This document shows, piece by piece, positions 50,820 to 61,348 of a stretch of 64,000 bases of DNA. Made by a program: the position numbers and the translations under genes. The notes under the pieces were generated by a model that saw only the letters and a program-made list of their open reading frames with translations, ran no database searches and was not told the DNA's origin. Origin of the DNA: Chitinophagaceae bacterium (GTDB lineage: Bacteria; Bacteroidota; Bacteroidia; Chitinophagales; Chitinophagaceae); the NCBI GenBank assembly GCA_023957155.1, contig JAMLHK010000009.1, positions 127,055-191,054 on the forward strand, given 5' to 3'. Position 1 is the first letter of the stretch; each line of letters opens with the position of its first letter.

Positions 50820-51680
50820 CTATTCCAGATCCTTCTTAGCAGCAGGGATAATCAATAACGGAACTTCGGTATGATAAGACATCCTCCTGGTAGCGCTCGG
50901 CTTAAATACCCGGTCCCACAGGCTTCTCTGGTATGTAATCATAGCCAGGATATCAATATCGTTTGTTTTGATATATTCCTGCATCGTATCCTCAAACTTA
51001 TCCCCGGATAAATGACACGTAATTACGGACTCGGAATTAAAGTATTTTTTCAGCTTCTTTTCATAGTCCAGCATATTCATACCCTGCTCCATCAGAACCG
51101 AAACATCCGCCAGGTCTTTATCGGTAAAAATTACGGCATACAGGGTAGATTTAAAACCGGTGGCAAGATCAACGATAGGCTGAAGCACGGAAGGATCATC
51201 TTCAAAGAAGCTGGTTGCCAATAAAATCTTATGAGGCACTTTCCAGTCATATTCATAAGGTATAATCATAACCGGAACCGTAGTCTTTCCCGTAAGTCCG
51301 GCCGTTTTACTTCCCCATATTCTGTCTTTCAGCCCGTTGATTCCAAAAGTTCCCATCATAATCATATCAATGCCTTTTTCTTCACTCAGTTCCAGGATCG
51401 TTTCATCCACATCCCCTTCCCGGAGAAAAGTGCGGATCTCTACGGATTCCGTTTCGGCAATACTTGCTTTAATCAGGTCTAACTTATTTTGAATTTCTTC
51501 CAGAATAACCGCATGCTTTTCCTGAGCAACATCTACCCGTTCGATATACAAACTATCCGTCCTGTCTACCACATGAAGCAGATTGATTTCAACCGGGCAA
51601 AGCTTAGCAGTCTGGATAGCAAAGTTTAACGCATTGACTGCACAGGAAGAAAAATCTGTTGGTATAAGTATTTTTTTCAT
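50820..51680 (-). CDS. Universal stress protein (tandem USP domains)
   Basis: KKILIPTDFS, MIMMGTFG...IWGS, and a second domain ending VPLLIIP. Confidence 0.93.
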   Translation of the reverse strand: MKKILIPTDFSSCAVNALNFAIQTAKLCPVEINLLHVVDRTDSLYIERVDVAQEKHAVILEEIQNKLDLIKASIAETESVEIRTFLREGDVDETILELSEEKGIDMIMMGTFGINGLKDRIWGSKTAGLTGKTTVPVMIIPYEYDWKVPHKILLATSFFEDDPSVLQPIVDLATGFKSTLYAVIFTDKDLADVSVLMEQGMNMLDYEKKLKKYFNSESVITCHLSGDKFEDTMQEYIKTNDIDILAMITYQRSLWDRVFKPSATRRMSYHTEVPLLIIPAAKKDLE

Positions 51681-51881
51681 TTTTGTCTGAGTTTTATTTA
51701 TTGCCTGCCTGTAAGCATCTACTATAGAAATACACTTAGATATAACATAAGCGGCGGCAATATAAAAGTATGATATTTATACTGCAAAATCATTTCCATT
51801 CTTCGGGAGCGTACCTGCCTGCCATGAGAACACATGCAGAATATTCCATCTCTCTTACAACAAGAAAATGCTATAAATCAA

Positions 51882-51915
51882 AAAGGCTCTGCCACACACT
51901 TAAAGCAGAGCCTTT
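51882..51915 (-). terminator. Terminator of the hsp20 gene
   Basis: AAAGGCTCTGC / GCAGAGCCTTT 11 bp stem just past the stop codon. Confidence 0.75.
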
Positions 51916-51933
51916 ATAAAACTAAACCAACTA

Positions 51934-52380
51934 CTAACTCACTGCAATCTGTTTTTTCCCATTATCCCTTTTTAACTCTTCCTTTCTCGGAAGCGAGAGA
52001 TGTAATACGCCATCTGCATACTTTGCTTCAATCTTTTCCCTGTTTACATCATCCGGCAATGTAAAACTCCGGCTAAAAGAGGTATAGTTGTACTCCCTTC
52101 TCGTAAATTTCTTTTCCTGTTCTTCTTTAGATTCTTCCTGTTCTGAACTAACGGTAATCATATTGCCGTCAATATCAATTTTAAAGTCTTCCCGTTTCAA
52201 TCCCGGCGCTGCAAGCGATACCTGGTACCCTTTCTCATCCTCCGCAATATTTACAGAGGGTATGGTAAGTGAACGTCCAAAGAAATCATTGCCTTTTGTA
52301 AACCATTCATTCCATGGTTTTAAAAAATCATCAAACACGGAAGGCAAGGCAGTACTTCCGCTTTTTGTTAATGCAGTCAT
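51934..52380 (-). CDS. Hsp20/alpha-crystallin small heat shock protein
   Basis: PSVNI, AAPGLKREDF, FSRSFTLP and AKYADGVL. Confidence 0.95.
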   Translation of the reverse strand: MTALTKSGSTALPSVFDDFLKPWNEWFTKGNDFFGRSLTIPSVNIAEDEKGYQVSLAAPGLKREDFKIDIDGNMITVSSEQEESKEEQEKKFTRREYNYTSFSRSFTLPDDVNREKIEAKYADGVLHLSLPRKEELKRDNGKKQIAVS

Positions 52381-52556
52381 AAAGAACCCCCTTGTTTTTC
52401 AGTTCAAATAATAATAATAATCACATCAAATTTATTTTGGAAAACAGACACAAAAAAGGACTTTAATCAGGAAAGAAGATGAGAATAATCAATATCCCGG
52501 GGCAGTTTTTCCTAACCTGTACAACTTAGGTGAGCAAATAAAAAGCAGATAAAGGA

Positions 52557-53561
52557 TTATTGTGCTTCCCGGTCCTTCTCCGCTTCTTTTGCCTGCTTTT
52601 TCTCCAGCTTTCTGAAATATCCCCGAACCAGGAAACTGTGCTTCAGCCCTTCCATCACTTCATTAAAGCGGTGTGTGCTCTGCTGAATATTATCCAGGCT
52701 GATATGAATGGATCGGGTCATTACAGAATCTTTTAGCAAAGCATTAACGGTTCCCTTTCCCTGGTCAATATCATATTGAATACTACGGGTAAGTTGCGAC
52801 AGTTCTTTTGCCAGGGTATCCGCTTCAACGGCCACATGTTTGATCTGCATCAAAGCCACATTCAGGTTTTCTGCAATAGCAGTATCCGTTAATATAGCAC
52901 CCAGTGATCCTTTCCCGTTTTTTACGTCCAGCAGCAACCCGTCCAAATCCCCCACCATCGTATTCGCCCTGGCGGTAGCCTGTCTTATATTTTCCAAAGA
53001 CACATTTAAATTCCGGGAGAGCGAACTGTCGTTCAACACACTCCACAAGGCTGAACTACTGTTTATGCGCAGCATAAATCTCTTAAGCTCGGCAACAACT
53101 ACCGCAAGATCGTTATTCGTACCCGAAAAGGTACTGATCATATTATCCAGTCCCGGAACTTCATCTGTTATGAGGATATCACCCGGAACTACCGGATTTG
53201 CATTGCCCGGCACCGGTATTATGTTAACCACCTTATTCCCCATCAACCCGTCTGTTGCAATGGTGGCATTGGCATTCTTACGGATATACGGTTTCATTTT
53301 ATTATCAATGAGCAGCTCTACTTCAATCTGTTCATTATCTAAGATCGTAATTTTTTTTACCGTACCCACCTGTATCCCGGCATATCTTACATTATTGCCG
53401 GATGTCAGTCCCTGCACATTCCGGAAATGAGCTTTTACCATAAAAGTAGCGCCAAAAATATTCTTATTTTTCCCGATCAGGTATAAGGACAGGATCAGGA
53501 AAGCCAGCCCGGCCAACACAAATACCCCCAGCTTAAAATTTGAAAATGATTTTGCAGCCAT
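52557..53561 (-). CDS. MlaD/MCE family protein
   Basis: KLGVFV TM helix, VQGLTSGNNVRYAGIQVGTV, TDGLMG and coiled-coil repeats KGSLG/KGTVN. Confidence 0.92.
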   Translation of the reverse strand: MAAKSFSNFKLGVFVLAGLAFLILSLYLIGKNKNIFGATFMVKAHFRNVQGLTSGNNVRYAGIQVGTVKKITILDNEQIEVELLIDNKMKPYIRKNANATIATDGLMGNKVVNIIPVPGNANPVVPGDILITDEVPGLDNMISTFSGTNNDLAVVVAELKRFMLRINSSSALWSVLNDSSLSRNLNVSLENIRQATARANTMVGDLDGLLLDVKNGKGSLGAILTDTAIAENLNVALMQIKHVAVEADTLAKELSQLTRSIQYDIDQGKGTVNALLKDSVMTRSIHISLDNIQQSTHRFNEVMEGLKHSFLVRGYFRKLEKKQAKEAEKDREAQ

Positions 53562-53568
53562 AACTATT

Positions 53569-54345
53569 TTATTCAAAAAATGCTTTTATTCCCGGATCGT
53601 CCGATTGTATTAACTCCTCATACGGTGCTTCCTTATAATTTCTTCCGCCTATCAGCATCACTACCCGGTCTGCCACCATCCTTACGCAGTTCATATCATG
53701 AGATATAATCAGGGAAGCCGCATGATACTTCTTCTGTACTTCCATGATCAGATCTATGATCTCCCGGGCTGTTATCGGGTCCAGCCCGGTGGTGGGTTCA
53801 TCATATAAAATAATGGCCGGCTTAAGGATCAGTGTCCGGGCTAATGCAATTCTTTTGCGCATCCCCCCGGACAGCTCTGCAGGCATCATATCAATGGTAT
53901 GCTCTAATTTAACATCCGCCAGCGCATCTTTTACTAACTGATCTACTTCTTCCTGTGTTAAAAGAATAGAATGTCGCCTCAACGGAAATTCCAGGTTCTC
54001 CCTCACGGTCATGGAATCATATAGAGCATTGCTCTGAAAAAGAAACCCGATCTTCATCCTGATCGCATCCAGTGCCTCTGCATTCAGGTCGGGAATACGC
54101 TGTCCAAACACCTCTATACACCCGCTATCCGGCTTCAATAAGCCGATAATACATTTAATCAGCACCGATTTACCCGAACCAGATTTACCCAGTACTACTA
54201 CATTCTCGCCTCTACGTAAAGTAACACTAAAATCGTTAAGCACCTGATTAGACCCGAATGATTTGCTGAGGTTCCGAACAACCATCACTACCTCATCGTT
54301 TCCGGGGGCCTGTACCTGTTCACTTATATTTTCTGTCTGATACAT
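53569..54345 (-). CDS. MlaF-like ABC ATP-binding protein
   Basis: GKSGSGKS, LSGGMRKR and YDEPTTGLDP. Confidence 0.94.
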   Translation of the reverse strand: MYQTENISEQVQAPGNDEVVMVVRNLSKSFGSNQVLNDFSVTLRRGENVVVLGKSGSGKSVLIKCIIGLLKPDSGCIEVFGQRIPDLNAEALDAIRMKIGFLFQSNALYDSMTVRENLEFPLRRHSILLTQEEVDQLVKDALADVKLEHTIDMMPAELSGGMRKRIALARTLILKPAIILYDEPTTGLDPITAREIIDLIMEVQKKYHAASLIISHDMNCVRMVADRVVMLIGGRNYKEAPYEELIQSDDPGIKAFFE

Positions 54346-54351
54346 TCCTAT

Positions 54352-55122
54352 TTAATTCAGGTTCAGTACATCGGTTATCTGTACGGCAATAAGATCAATT
54401 ATAAATATAAGCACGGAAGAGAGTACAACAGCCGAATTAGCCGATTGTCCCACCCCTTCCGTTCCTTTCTTAGAGTAATATCCCTTATAGCACCCTACGA
54501 TACCTACGGCAAAGCCAAAGAAAAAAGATTTTACAAATGCAGGCAGCACATCACTGAAGGAAAGATATTTAAACACCTTAGCCCAAAACAACTCAAAGCT
54601 CGTAACGCCGCTCATGTTTACCCCGAGGTAAGCCCCGTATAACGCAACAACATCACCCAGGATAGCCAGCAGGGGCAACATAAAGGTAGCCGCCAGCACC
54701 CGGGTTACTACCAGGTACTTAAACGGATTGGTACCCGATACTTCCATCGCATCTATTTGTTCCGTCACTTTCATAGATCCGAGCTCTGCGCCAATGCTGC
54801 TGCCGATCTTTCCTGCAAAGATGAGCGCCGTGATAACCGGGCCGATCTCCCGGACAATAGCAATACCTACCATAGCCGGCAGTTGCGATTCCACTCCATA
54901 ATCTACTAAAAAAGGACGGATCTGCATGGTTAGCACCAGTCCCATAATAAAAGTCGTGAGCGTTACCAATGGCAGGGACTTGTAGCCAATGATATAACAC
55001 TGCCTGAAAAATTCTGCGATTTCATAACGGGGCTTACCCCATTGAGAGAATAACCGGCCGGCAAAGCGGGCAATATTTCCTGTTTCTTCAAAAAAAAATT
55101 TCCAGTACCGGGATGAAAACAT
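54352..55122 (-). CDS. MlaE family ABC permease
   Basis: VREIGPVIT, AELGSMKVTEQIDA and GTEGVG. Confidence 0.94.
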   Translation of the reverse strand: MFSSRYWKFFFEETGNIARFAGRLFSQWGKPRYEIAEFFRQCYIIGYKSLPLVTLTTFIMGLVLTMQIRPFLVDYGVESQLPAMVGIAIVREIGPVITALIFAGKIGSSIGAELGSMKVTEQIDAMEVSGTNPFKYLVVTRVLAATFMLPLLAILGDVVALYGAYLGVNMSGVTSFELFWAKVFKYLSFSDVLPAFVKSFFFGFAVGIVGCYKGYYSKKGTEGVGQSANSAVVLSSVLIFIIDLIAVQITDVLNLN

Positions 55123-55464
55123 GAATTAAAAATACTAAATAAAGCGGGAGCGTCAATAACAGCGGAGCGCATTTCAATTTTTCGCTGTATATTAATTATG
55201 TACGGTGAGATGCCATCCACGGTGACCGCCCCGGTATACAGGTCATCACCAACCGGAGAAAACCTGAAAATACGGGCATGACAGCATGTATTTGAAATTC
55301 TGGCAGGTGAATGAAGTATATACCTTTAGTATCCTCAAATAACATCAATGCCATCTCCCACCATTTCCTGAAAACAGTCTACAGGAAGGCTCCGGACTGA
55401 ATGGCCGGAAATATGATGAAAAGCATAAATCGTTGCGACTGAAAAACAGGTGCTATATAGGCTT

Positions 55465-55914
55465 TTAATAAACAACGATCTTGCTTATGGTACGCGGGCT
55501 ATCCATACCGGATTTAAGGAAATCAAACCGGAGCATACCTGACTTATATTCCGCCCTTACAAAATCGGCATCAATATACTTAGGTAAATTAATGATATGC
55601 TCAAAGCACCCGTAAGAACCTTCCTGTAACGGATTTCCGGGTTGCCTGCCGGGTTGTATATTGGGACATAATCCGTAAATGCTTAACAAATCCCCGTCAA
55701 GCATTACGATGAAATCCTCCTTATTATATCCGGGAACGTTCATTTCAATGCTATAGCAGTCCGCATCTTCATACGTCTTCAAAGAAGGCTTTTCATGTTT
55801 TTCGGAAGTTTCCTTCAACTGCTGCATCACTTTTGTCCAGTTATATGCCGGGGGATGATATGCCCCGGGATATTCATCGGATGCCGTTTTCGTTTGATTG
55901 CTGAATGTGATCAT
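55465..55914 (-). CDS. Divergent Hsp20/alpha-crystallin family protein
   Basis: EMNVPGYNKEDF, FEHIINLP and AEYKSGML. Confidence 0.8.
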   Translation of the reverse strand: MITFSNQTKTASDEYPGAYHPPAYNWTKVMQQLKETSEKHEKPSLKTYEDADCYSIEMNVPGYNKEDFIVMLDGDLLSIYGLCPNIQPGRQPGNPLQEGSYGCFEHIINLPKYIDADFVRAEYKSGMLRFDFLKSGMDSPRTISKIVVY

Positions 55915-56135
55915 GTGAACACGGTTTTATAATGGATAATATGATATTTCGGCTTAATGCCTTTTCTTCACCTGTATACGAATCAAATTTCGAACCAGAT
56001 ACCGGTAAAATACAATAATAAACCCTTTTTTCACAATTGAATATGATTATCCTTACTAAGTATGATGATCTTAGTCACCGGTGGAGCGTAGAAAAAAGGA
56101 GTACGTAAACCATAGAGTAGTATATCCTTTATGTC

Positions 56136-56245
56136 GCACCGGGGTCTTCATTCAAGGCTATCGCGGACAGCCATGAGACCCTGGTGCAAAATAATTCGCC
56201 GGGGTCTCATCCTTAACACAGTTGCCCGGCTGTGAAGACCCAGTC
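56136..56245. repeat. Four alternating inverted units (REPIN/BIME-like or structured RNA)
   Basis: GCACCGGGGTCTTCA, TGAGACCCTGGTGC, GCCGGGGTCTCA and TGAAGACCCAGTC in alternating orientation. Confidence 0.65.
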
Positions 56246-56282
56246 AGGACGAAAAGTCTTATTTATATGAAACTATTATTGA

Positions 56283-57158
56283 CTATAAAAGATTCTGTTT
56301 GTACTTTTTTGCATATTCTTTTGCTGTTAAACCGGTAATAAGTTTAAATTGCCGGTTAAAGTGCGAGATATTGTTGTAGCCGGTTTCATAGCATATTTGA
56401 GTAATTGTCATTTCTTTTTTCACGAGCAGCTTACAGGCGTTGAGAATACGGACTTCATTTAGAAATTCAGAGAACGTCTTTTGTGTTCTGGATTTAAAAT
56501 AACGGCAGAAGGAAGATACGGTAAGGTTCGACAGGCTGGCAATTTCTTCCACCTTGATATCATCTGCATAATGCTGCATAATATAATTCATCACCACATT
56601 AATGCGCTCTGTGTCCGAAGTATTCACTGTGCTGGTATAGCCCGCGCTGGAAAGTAATTCGTAGTCTTTTGTATGTGCGATTATTTCCAGGGTTTTTAAA
56701 AAAAGGAGCAGCCTATCCATCCCGGTTGCGGATACAACATCTTTAACAAGTCCCGATATTTTCCGGTGGTCGGCGCCCTGTATCAAAACACCCTGTTGCC
56801 CTCTTTCAAATAGCTTTTTAATATGCATACATTCGGGCAAATCAAAAAATCCTGCACCCAGTACATCGTCCCGAAAATGTATAACATACACATCTACAAA
56901 CAGCTCTTTATTATCCCGGTAAAAATCATTATCGTTCTTCCATACATGAGGCAGGTTCGAGCTGATGAACATCAGGTCGCCATCAGAAAAATTCCCGATG
57001 TGGTTTCCCATAAAACGGATTCCATAGCTCTTTTCCACAAAGATGATTTCATGCTCGGGGTGGTAATGCCAGGGATAATCCATATACGGTGTGATCTCCC
57101 TCTTCACCGTAATGGACGATGCATGCTGAACAGGAATTTTTTCCAGCTTAGGCTGCAT
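56283..57158 (-). CDS. AraC family transcriptional regulator (cupin N-domain)
   Basis: WHYHPEHE, NLPHVW and CYETGYNNISHFNRQFK. Confidence 0.94.
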   Translation of the reverse strand: MQPKLEKIPVQHASSITVKREITPYMDYPWHYHPEHEIIFVEKSYGIRFMGNHIGNFSDGDLMFISSNLPHVWKNDNDFYRDNKELFVDVYVIHFRDDVLGAGFFDLPECMHIKKLFERGQQGVLIQGADHRKISGLVKDVVSATGMDRLLLFLKTLEIIAHTKDYELLSSAGYTSTVNTSDTERINVVMNYIMQHYADDIKVEEIASLSNLTVSSFCRYFKSRTQKTFSEFLNEVRILNACKLLVKKEMTITQICYETGYNNISHFNRQFKLITGLTAKEYAKKYKQNLL

Positions 57159-57336
57159 GAAATACGTTTGTATTGTTAATAAAACTGCAGTATAGGATTT
57201 TTTGATGAAAAAATAGTGTTATAAATAGAAAAATCAGTCGTATTTCTTCTATGAAAAGGGTAATAATTTCGATCTGTCAATAAGACTACTGCCGGTGATG
57301 TATAATGAAGCAGGCAAACCTTTAAATAATTGGTAT

Positions 57337-58743
57337 ATGGATAAAAGAAACAGTACGGATAAAAAGAACCGGTACATATTCGGTGTTACGCTGGTAGCTT
57401 CGGTGGGTGGTTTTTTGTTCGGTTTCGACCTGGTAATTATTGCCGGGGCGCTTCCTTTTCTTGAAGCCGAATTCCATCTGTCTCCCGCAATGAAGGGCGC
57501 TGCAGTGAGCAGCGCTATCCTGGGCTCCATTATCGGGCCACTGTTCGGACTATGGTTTGCTGACAGGCTGGGACGAAGAAAAACAATGATGATCGCGGCT
57601 TTTTTCTTCCTGGTATCTACTATCGGGACTGCAGCGGCAGACGGTATATGGAATTTTAATGTATGGCGTTTTGTTGGCGGGCTGGGCATTGGTCTCGCTA
57701 TGATGTCTTCCCCTATCTATATTGCAGAGCTATCGCCACCGCATAAGCGCGGAGTACTGGTAAATGTAAACCAGTTGTCTAATGTAATTGGGATCAACCT
57801 CGCGGTTATTGTAGGTTATTTTTTCTCGTTCGACGGCTGGGGCTGGCGGTGGATGTTCGCGTCCCAGGCGGTTCCCGTATTGTTTTTAACGGTGGGACTA
57901 ATGCTGATCCCCGAAAGCCCTCGATGGCTGGTGTCGAAAGGCCGGATAGCGGAAGCGCTTGCTATTCTTAAAAAAATAAACGCTGCGAAAATAGCAGAAC
58001 AGGAATTGGGTAATATTCAAAAAGCATTAGGCATGGCCACCGGCAGCTTCAAAGCATTGCTTCAGCCCGGTATACGCAGGGCCTTACTTGTAGGTATTAT
58101 TATGATGGTTTTTTCCCAGATCAACGGCGTAAATATGATGTTGCTTTATGCACCGAGCATACTGGCAGAGGCGGGCGTATCTGTAGGATCGAATGCTATT
58201 TTAAGCTCCATACCGGTGTATGTTTTTATTTTTATCTGCACGGTAGCCGCATTCGGTTTGATAAAACGGTTCAGCAGGCGGGGTTTGCTGATAGCCAGCG
58301 TTTGCGGGATGTGCGCGGCTCACCTCTTAATGGCGTTTATCCTGCACGGAAACTGGTCGCCCATGGCTACCTTAATACCTATGCTGTTGGGTACAGGCGC
58401 TTTTACTTTAGGACTGGCACCTTTGAGCTGGGTTATCATATCCGAAATATTTCCCAACCACATCCGGGGGAAAGCGCTGGCCGTTGTCTGTTTCTTTCTC
58501 TACCTGTCGTCTTTTATCACTGCCCAGTTTTTTCCGGTGCTTACCAACTGGTTTACCGGGCAATATCATAATCCGGCAGGAGTGTATATCCTTTTTGCTT
58601 TGATATGCGCCGCTTGTGTAGTCTTTTCGTGGAAGATGATACCGGAAACCAAAGGATTAAGTTTGGAAGATATTGCTTCATTATGGACAGACAAGCCTGT
58701 AAATGAGGATAGCAACAGCAGTGCTTTTGTAAAAACGCAATAA
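57337..58743 (+). CDS. Sugar porter family MFS transporter
   Basis: GFLFGFD, DRLGRRK, YIAELSP, PESPRWL and PETKG. Start set at MDKRNS. Confidence 0.94.
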   Translation: MDKRNSTDKKNRYIFGVTLVASVGGFLFGFDLVIIAGALPFLEAEFHLSPAMKGAAVSSAILGSIIGPLFGLWFADRLGRRKTMMIAAFFFLVSTIGTAAADGIWNFNVWRFVGGLGIGLAMMSSPIYIAELSPPHKRGVLVNVNQLSNVIGINLAVIVGYFFSFDGWGWRWMFASQAVPVLFLTVGLMLIPESPRWLVSKGRIAEALAILKKINAAKIAEQELGNIQKALGMATGSFKALLQPGIRRALLVGIIMMVFSQINGVNMMLLYAPSILAEAGVSVGSNAILSSIPVYVFIFICTVAAFGLIKRFSRRGLLIASVCGMCAAHLLMAFILHGNWSPMATLIPMLLGTGAFTLGLAPLSWVIISEIFPNHIRGKALAVVCFFLYLSSFITAQFFPVLTNWFTGQYHNPAGVYILFALICAACVVFSWKMIPETKGLSLEDIASLWTDKPVNEDSNSSAFVKTQ

Positions 58744-58810
58744 TGACCGATGGTCCTTTTTAAGGCCACCGGCAGATAAGGATTTATTGAATGTTTTAAA
58801 ATGGATTTGA

Positions 58811-60154
58811 ATGAAAGTAGGTTTTGTTGGATTTGGGGAGATCAATTCTCCTGTTGAATTGATTAAAGCCAAATGCAGGGTGGCGAGGGAAGAGGTCGTA
58901 TCGCTTGGATTTTCAATAGTTACAACGGATGTGGTTACAGACGATGCAGAAGGAAAAGATGTGGCGCGGGCAATAGCAGATCTTGAGAAGGAGCGATTTG
59001 ATGTGCTGATCGTGTGCCTTGCAGGCTGGATCCCTTCTCATGCCGTAATTGCGATCACACATGAGTATGCACACAAGCCGATCGTGTTGTGGGGACTTGC
59101 GGGAGATATGGAAAACGGGCGTATTGTTACCGCCGCTGCCCAGGCCGGTACTACCGCCTTAAGAAAAGTGTTTGCAGATCTGGGATATAAATTCAGGTAT
59201 GTATATAACATTATTGGTCAGCCATCGCCCCTTCATAAAATACAGTGTTTTGTAAGAGCAGCATTTGCCCAAAGATCAATTGCAGGCAGCCGGGTGGGGA
59301 TGATGGGATTCCGCGATATGAAATTATACAACACGTTGTATGAAGGGCTGTCGCTTAAAAAGGATTTTGGCATTGATGTGGAATTTTTCGAAATGCTGGA
59401 ACTGCTGCAGGAGGTGGAGCAGGTTAAGGAAGCCGGCGTTGAACCGCTGCTGAATAAGATCAGGTCTGAATGGCAGTTTGTGCAGCCTGTAGAGGAAGAT
59501 TTCCTGAGAAAGGGTATCCGCTATTATCTCGCGTTGCTGAACATTGCCAGGGCCAACGGCTACCAGGCACTTTCTCTCAAAGATGTGGATGGAATGAAAA
59601 AGCTGCTGCATTTTCCACCGGCACTTCTGTTCATGCTTTTGTCCGATGAGGCAGGCTTATGCACCATCCCGGAAAATGATGTAATGGGTGCGGTTACCCA
59701 ATTGATCGTAAAGCAACTGACCGGGCAATGCGGCGCCTATTTCGAGTTTTACGAATTTTTTGAAAACGGGGTGTTAATGGGAGTCCCGGATTATGTGCCT
59801 GCCGAAGTGGTAAAAGGTAAAGTGAAGGTAACCCGCTCTGCTTTTGGAGGTATAAGCGGTGGTTTGCTGAATATCTCCCAAGTAAAAACCGGGAGGATGA
59901 CGCTTGCCCGTCTTGCTAATACAGGGAATCACTACAGCATGCATATTATAACCGGCATTGCAAAACCCGTTACATGGGAAGAGGCAGGCTGGGAGCAGCC
60001 GGCTCCGCAATTGCCGAGCTTTGAGCTGACGCTTGACCAGCCTGTTGACGATTTTTCCGAAAAGGTTTCGGGCCAGCACTATATTGCTGCTTATGGCGAT
60101 CAGACCGGCTTGTTAAAGGATTTTTGCTACCTGAAAAATATAAACGTGATTTAA
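58811..60154 (+). CDS. L-fucose/L-arabinose isomerase-like protein
   Basis: Three-domain FucI-like layout, PENDVMGA metal-site-like motif, MTLARL and C-terminal GQHYIAAYGD. Confidence 0.75.
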   Translation: MKVGFVGFGEINSPVELIKAKCRVAREEVVSLGFSIVTTDVVTDDAEGKDVARAIADLEKERFDVLIVCLAGWIPSHAVIAITHEYAHKPIVLWGLAGDMENGRIVTAAAQAGTTALRKVFADLGYKFRYVYNIIGQPSPLHKIQCFVRAAFAQRSIAGSRVGMMGFRDMKLYNTLYEGLSLKKDFGIDVEFFEMLELLQEVEQVKEAGVEPLLNKIRSEWQFVQPVEEDFLRKGIRYYLALLNIARANGYQALSLKDVDGMKKLLHFPPALLFMLLSDEAGLCTIPENDVMGAVTQLIVKQLTGQCGAYFEFYEFFENGVLMGVPDYVPAEVVKGKVKVTRSAFGGISGGLLNISQVKTGRMTLARLANTGNHYSMHIITGIAKPVTWEEAGWEQPAPQLPSFELTLDQPVDDFSEKVSGQHYIAAYGDQTGLLKDFCYLKNINVI

Positions 60155-60163
60155 AGTATCCTC

Positions 60164-61330
60164 ATGAAAAAATACGATGCGGTAATAGCCGGATATATTT
60201 GTATAGACCTAACCCCCGTGTTTAAAAAAGAAGTTACGGTAAATGATGTGTATGATGTGCTCCGTCCAGGCAGGCTGGTTGAAATTGACGGTATGGAATC
60301 CACCCTTGGCGGTGTTGTCGCCAATACGGGCATGGCAATGAAAAAATTTTCAAAGCGGGTTTTCCTTAACGGCTTGTTAGGCACGGATTTTATCGGCAAA
60401 ATAGCGAGGGAATCCCTGGAGAAATATGAACTGTCGGAAGGCATACAAACGGTAAAGGATAAAGGCACGGCTTTCGGTTTGGTGATAGCGCCGCCGGCCG
60501 TTGACCGTATTTTTCTTGAGTCACCGGGATGCAGCGAGCTGTTCGACCTTCATCATATAGATTATGATGCAGTGGTGCAAAGCCGGGTATTTCATTTCGG
60601 CTATCCGCCCCTGTTAAAAAAATTTTATCGCCAGAAAGGGAAACAGCTGGTTTCGCTTTTTAAGAAAGTAAGTGATATGGGAGTGGTGACTTCTCTCGAC
60701 TTTAGTTTGCCGGATACAGAAAGCAAATCAGGAAAAGTGAATTGGATAGATATCTTAAAAGCTGTTCTGCCTTATACCGACATTTTTGTACCCAGCCTGG
60801 AAGAAGCTTTGAAAATGGTTTTTCCGTACGAGTATACGGTGCTGGAAGCGGCAGGAGGCGATATTGTAGATCATGTATCGCCGGATCTCATAAAGGAATT
60901 GGGTGAAAGGCTGATCGCCTGTGGCGCCCATATTGTTTTGATCAAAGCGGCTCATAAAGGCTTGTTTTTATGGACGGGAAATGTGGCCGCAGTAAACAGT
61001 AAGCAAAGGGTATGCCTTCCGGAAGCGGAATGGAACAACAGGCAATTGTGGTGCGAGGCCTATCCCGTGATCCGGGAAAAAATAATCAATGCATCGGGAG
61101 CCGGTGATACTTCCGCCGCTGCATTTCTCACCGCCATTTTAAACGGAGAACCACCTGTAATTGCAATGAAATATGCTGCCATTGCCGGGAAAAACAATTT
61201 GTATTGCAACAATATATATGAAGACATGCCGGATTGGGCGATGATGACAGAAGAATTACGGGATGCTTCAGTAAAAGTGAGAAATATACAGGAGCTGCCT
61301 GTGAATGCAGAAAACAACCACAAGCTATAA
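60164..61330 (+). CDS. PfkB family carbohydrate kinase
   Basis: GYICID, GGVVANTG, DIFVPSLEE and SGAGDT. Confidence 0.9.
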   Translation: MKKYDAVIAGYICIDLTPVFKKEVTVNDVYDVLRPGRLVEIDGMESTLGGVVANTGMAMKKFSKRVFLNGLLGTDFIGKIARESLEKYELSEGIQTVKDKGTAFGLVIAPPAVDRIFLESPGCSELFDLHHIDYDAVVQSRVFHFGYPPLLKKFYRQKGKQLVSLFKKVSDMGVVTSLDFSLPDTESKSGKVNWIDILKAVLPYTDIFVPSLEEALKMVFPYEYTVLEAAGGDIVDHVSPDLIKELGERLIACGAHIVLIKAAHKGLFLWTGNVAAVNSKQRVCLPEAEWNNRQLWCEAYPVIREKIINASGAGDTSAAAFLTAILNGEPPVIAMKYAAIAGKNNLYCNNIYEDMPDWAMMTEELRDASVKVRNIQELPVNAENNHKL

Positions 61331-61348
61331 CAAAAATATTTGAATAGT

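Noticed and set aside
55123-55464. Possible pseudogene between mlaE and hsp20
   Set aside because: Only short open fragments with no recognisable family.
56211-56260. Self-cleaving ribozyme (twister or hammerhead) within the structured element
   Set aside because: The conserved catalytic cores (CUGAnGA/GAAA; twister pseudoknots) could not be found on either strand.
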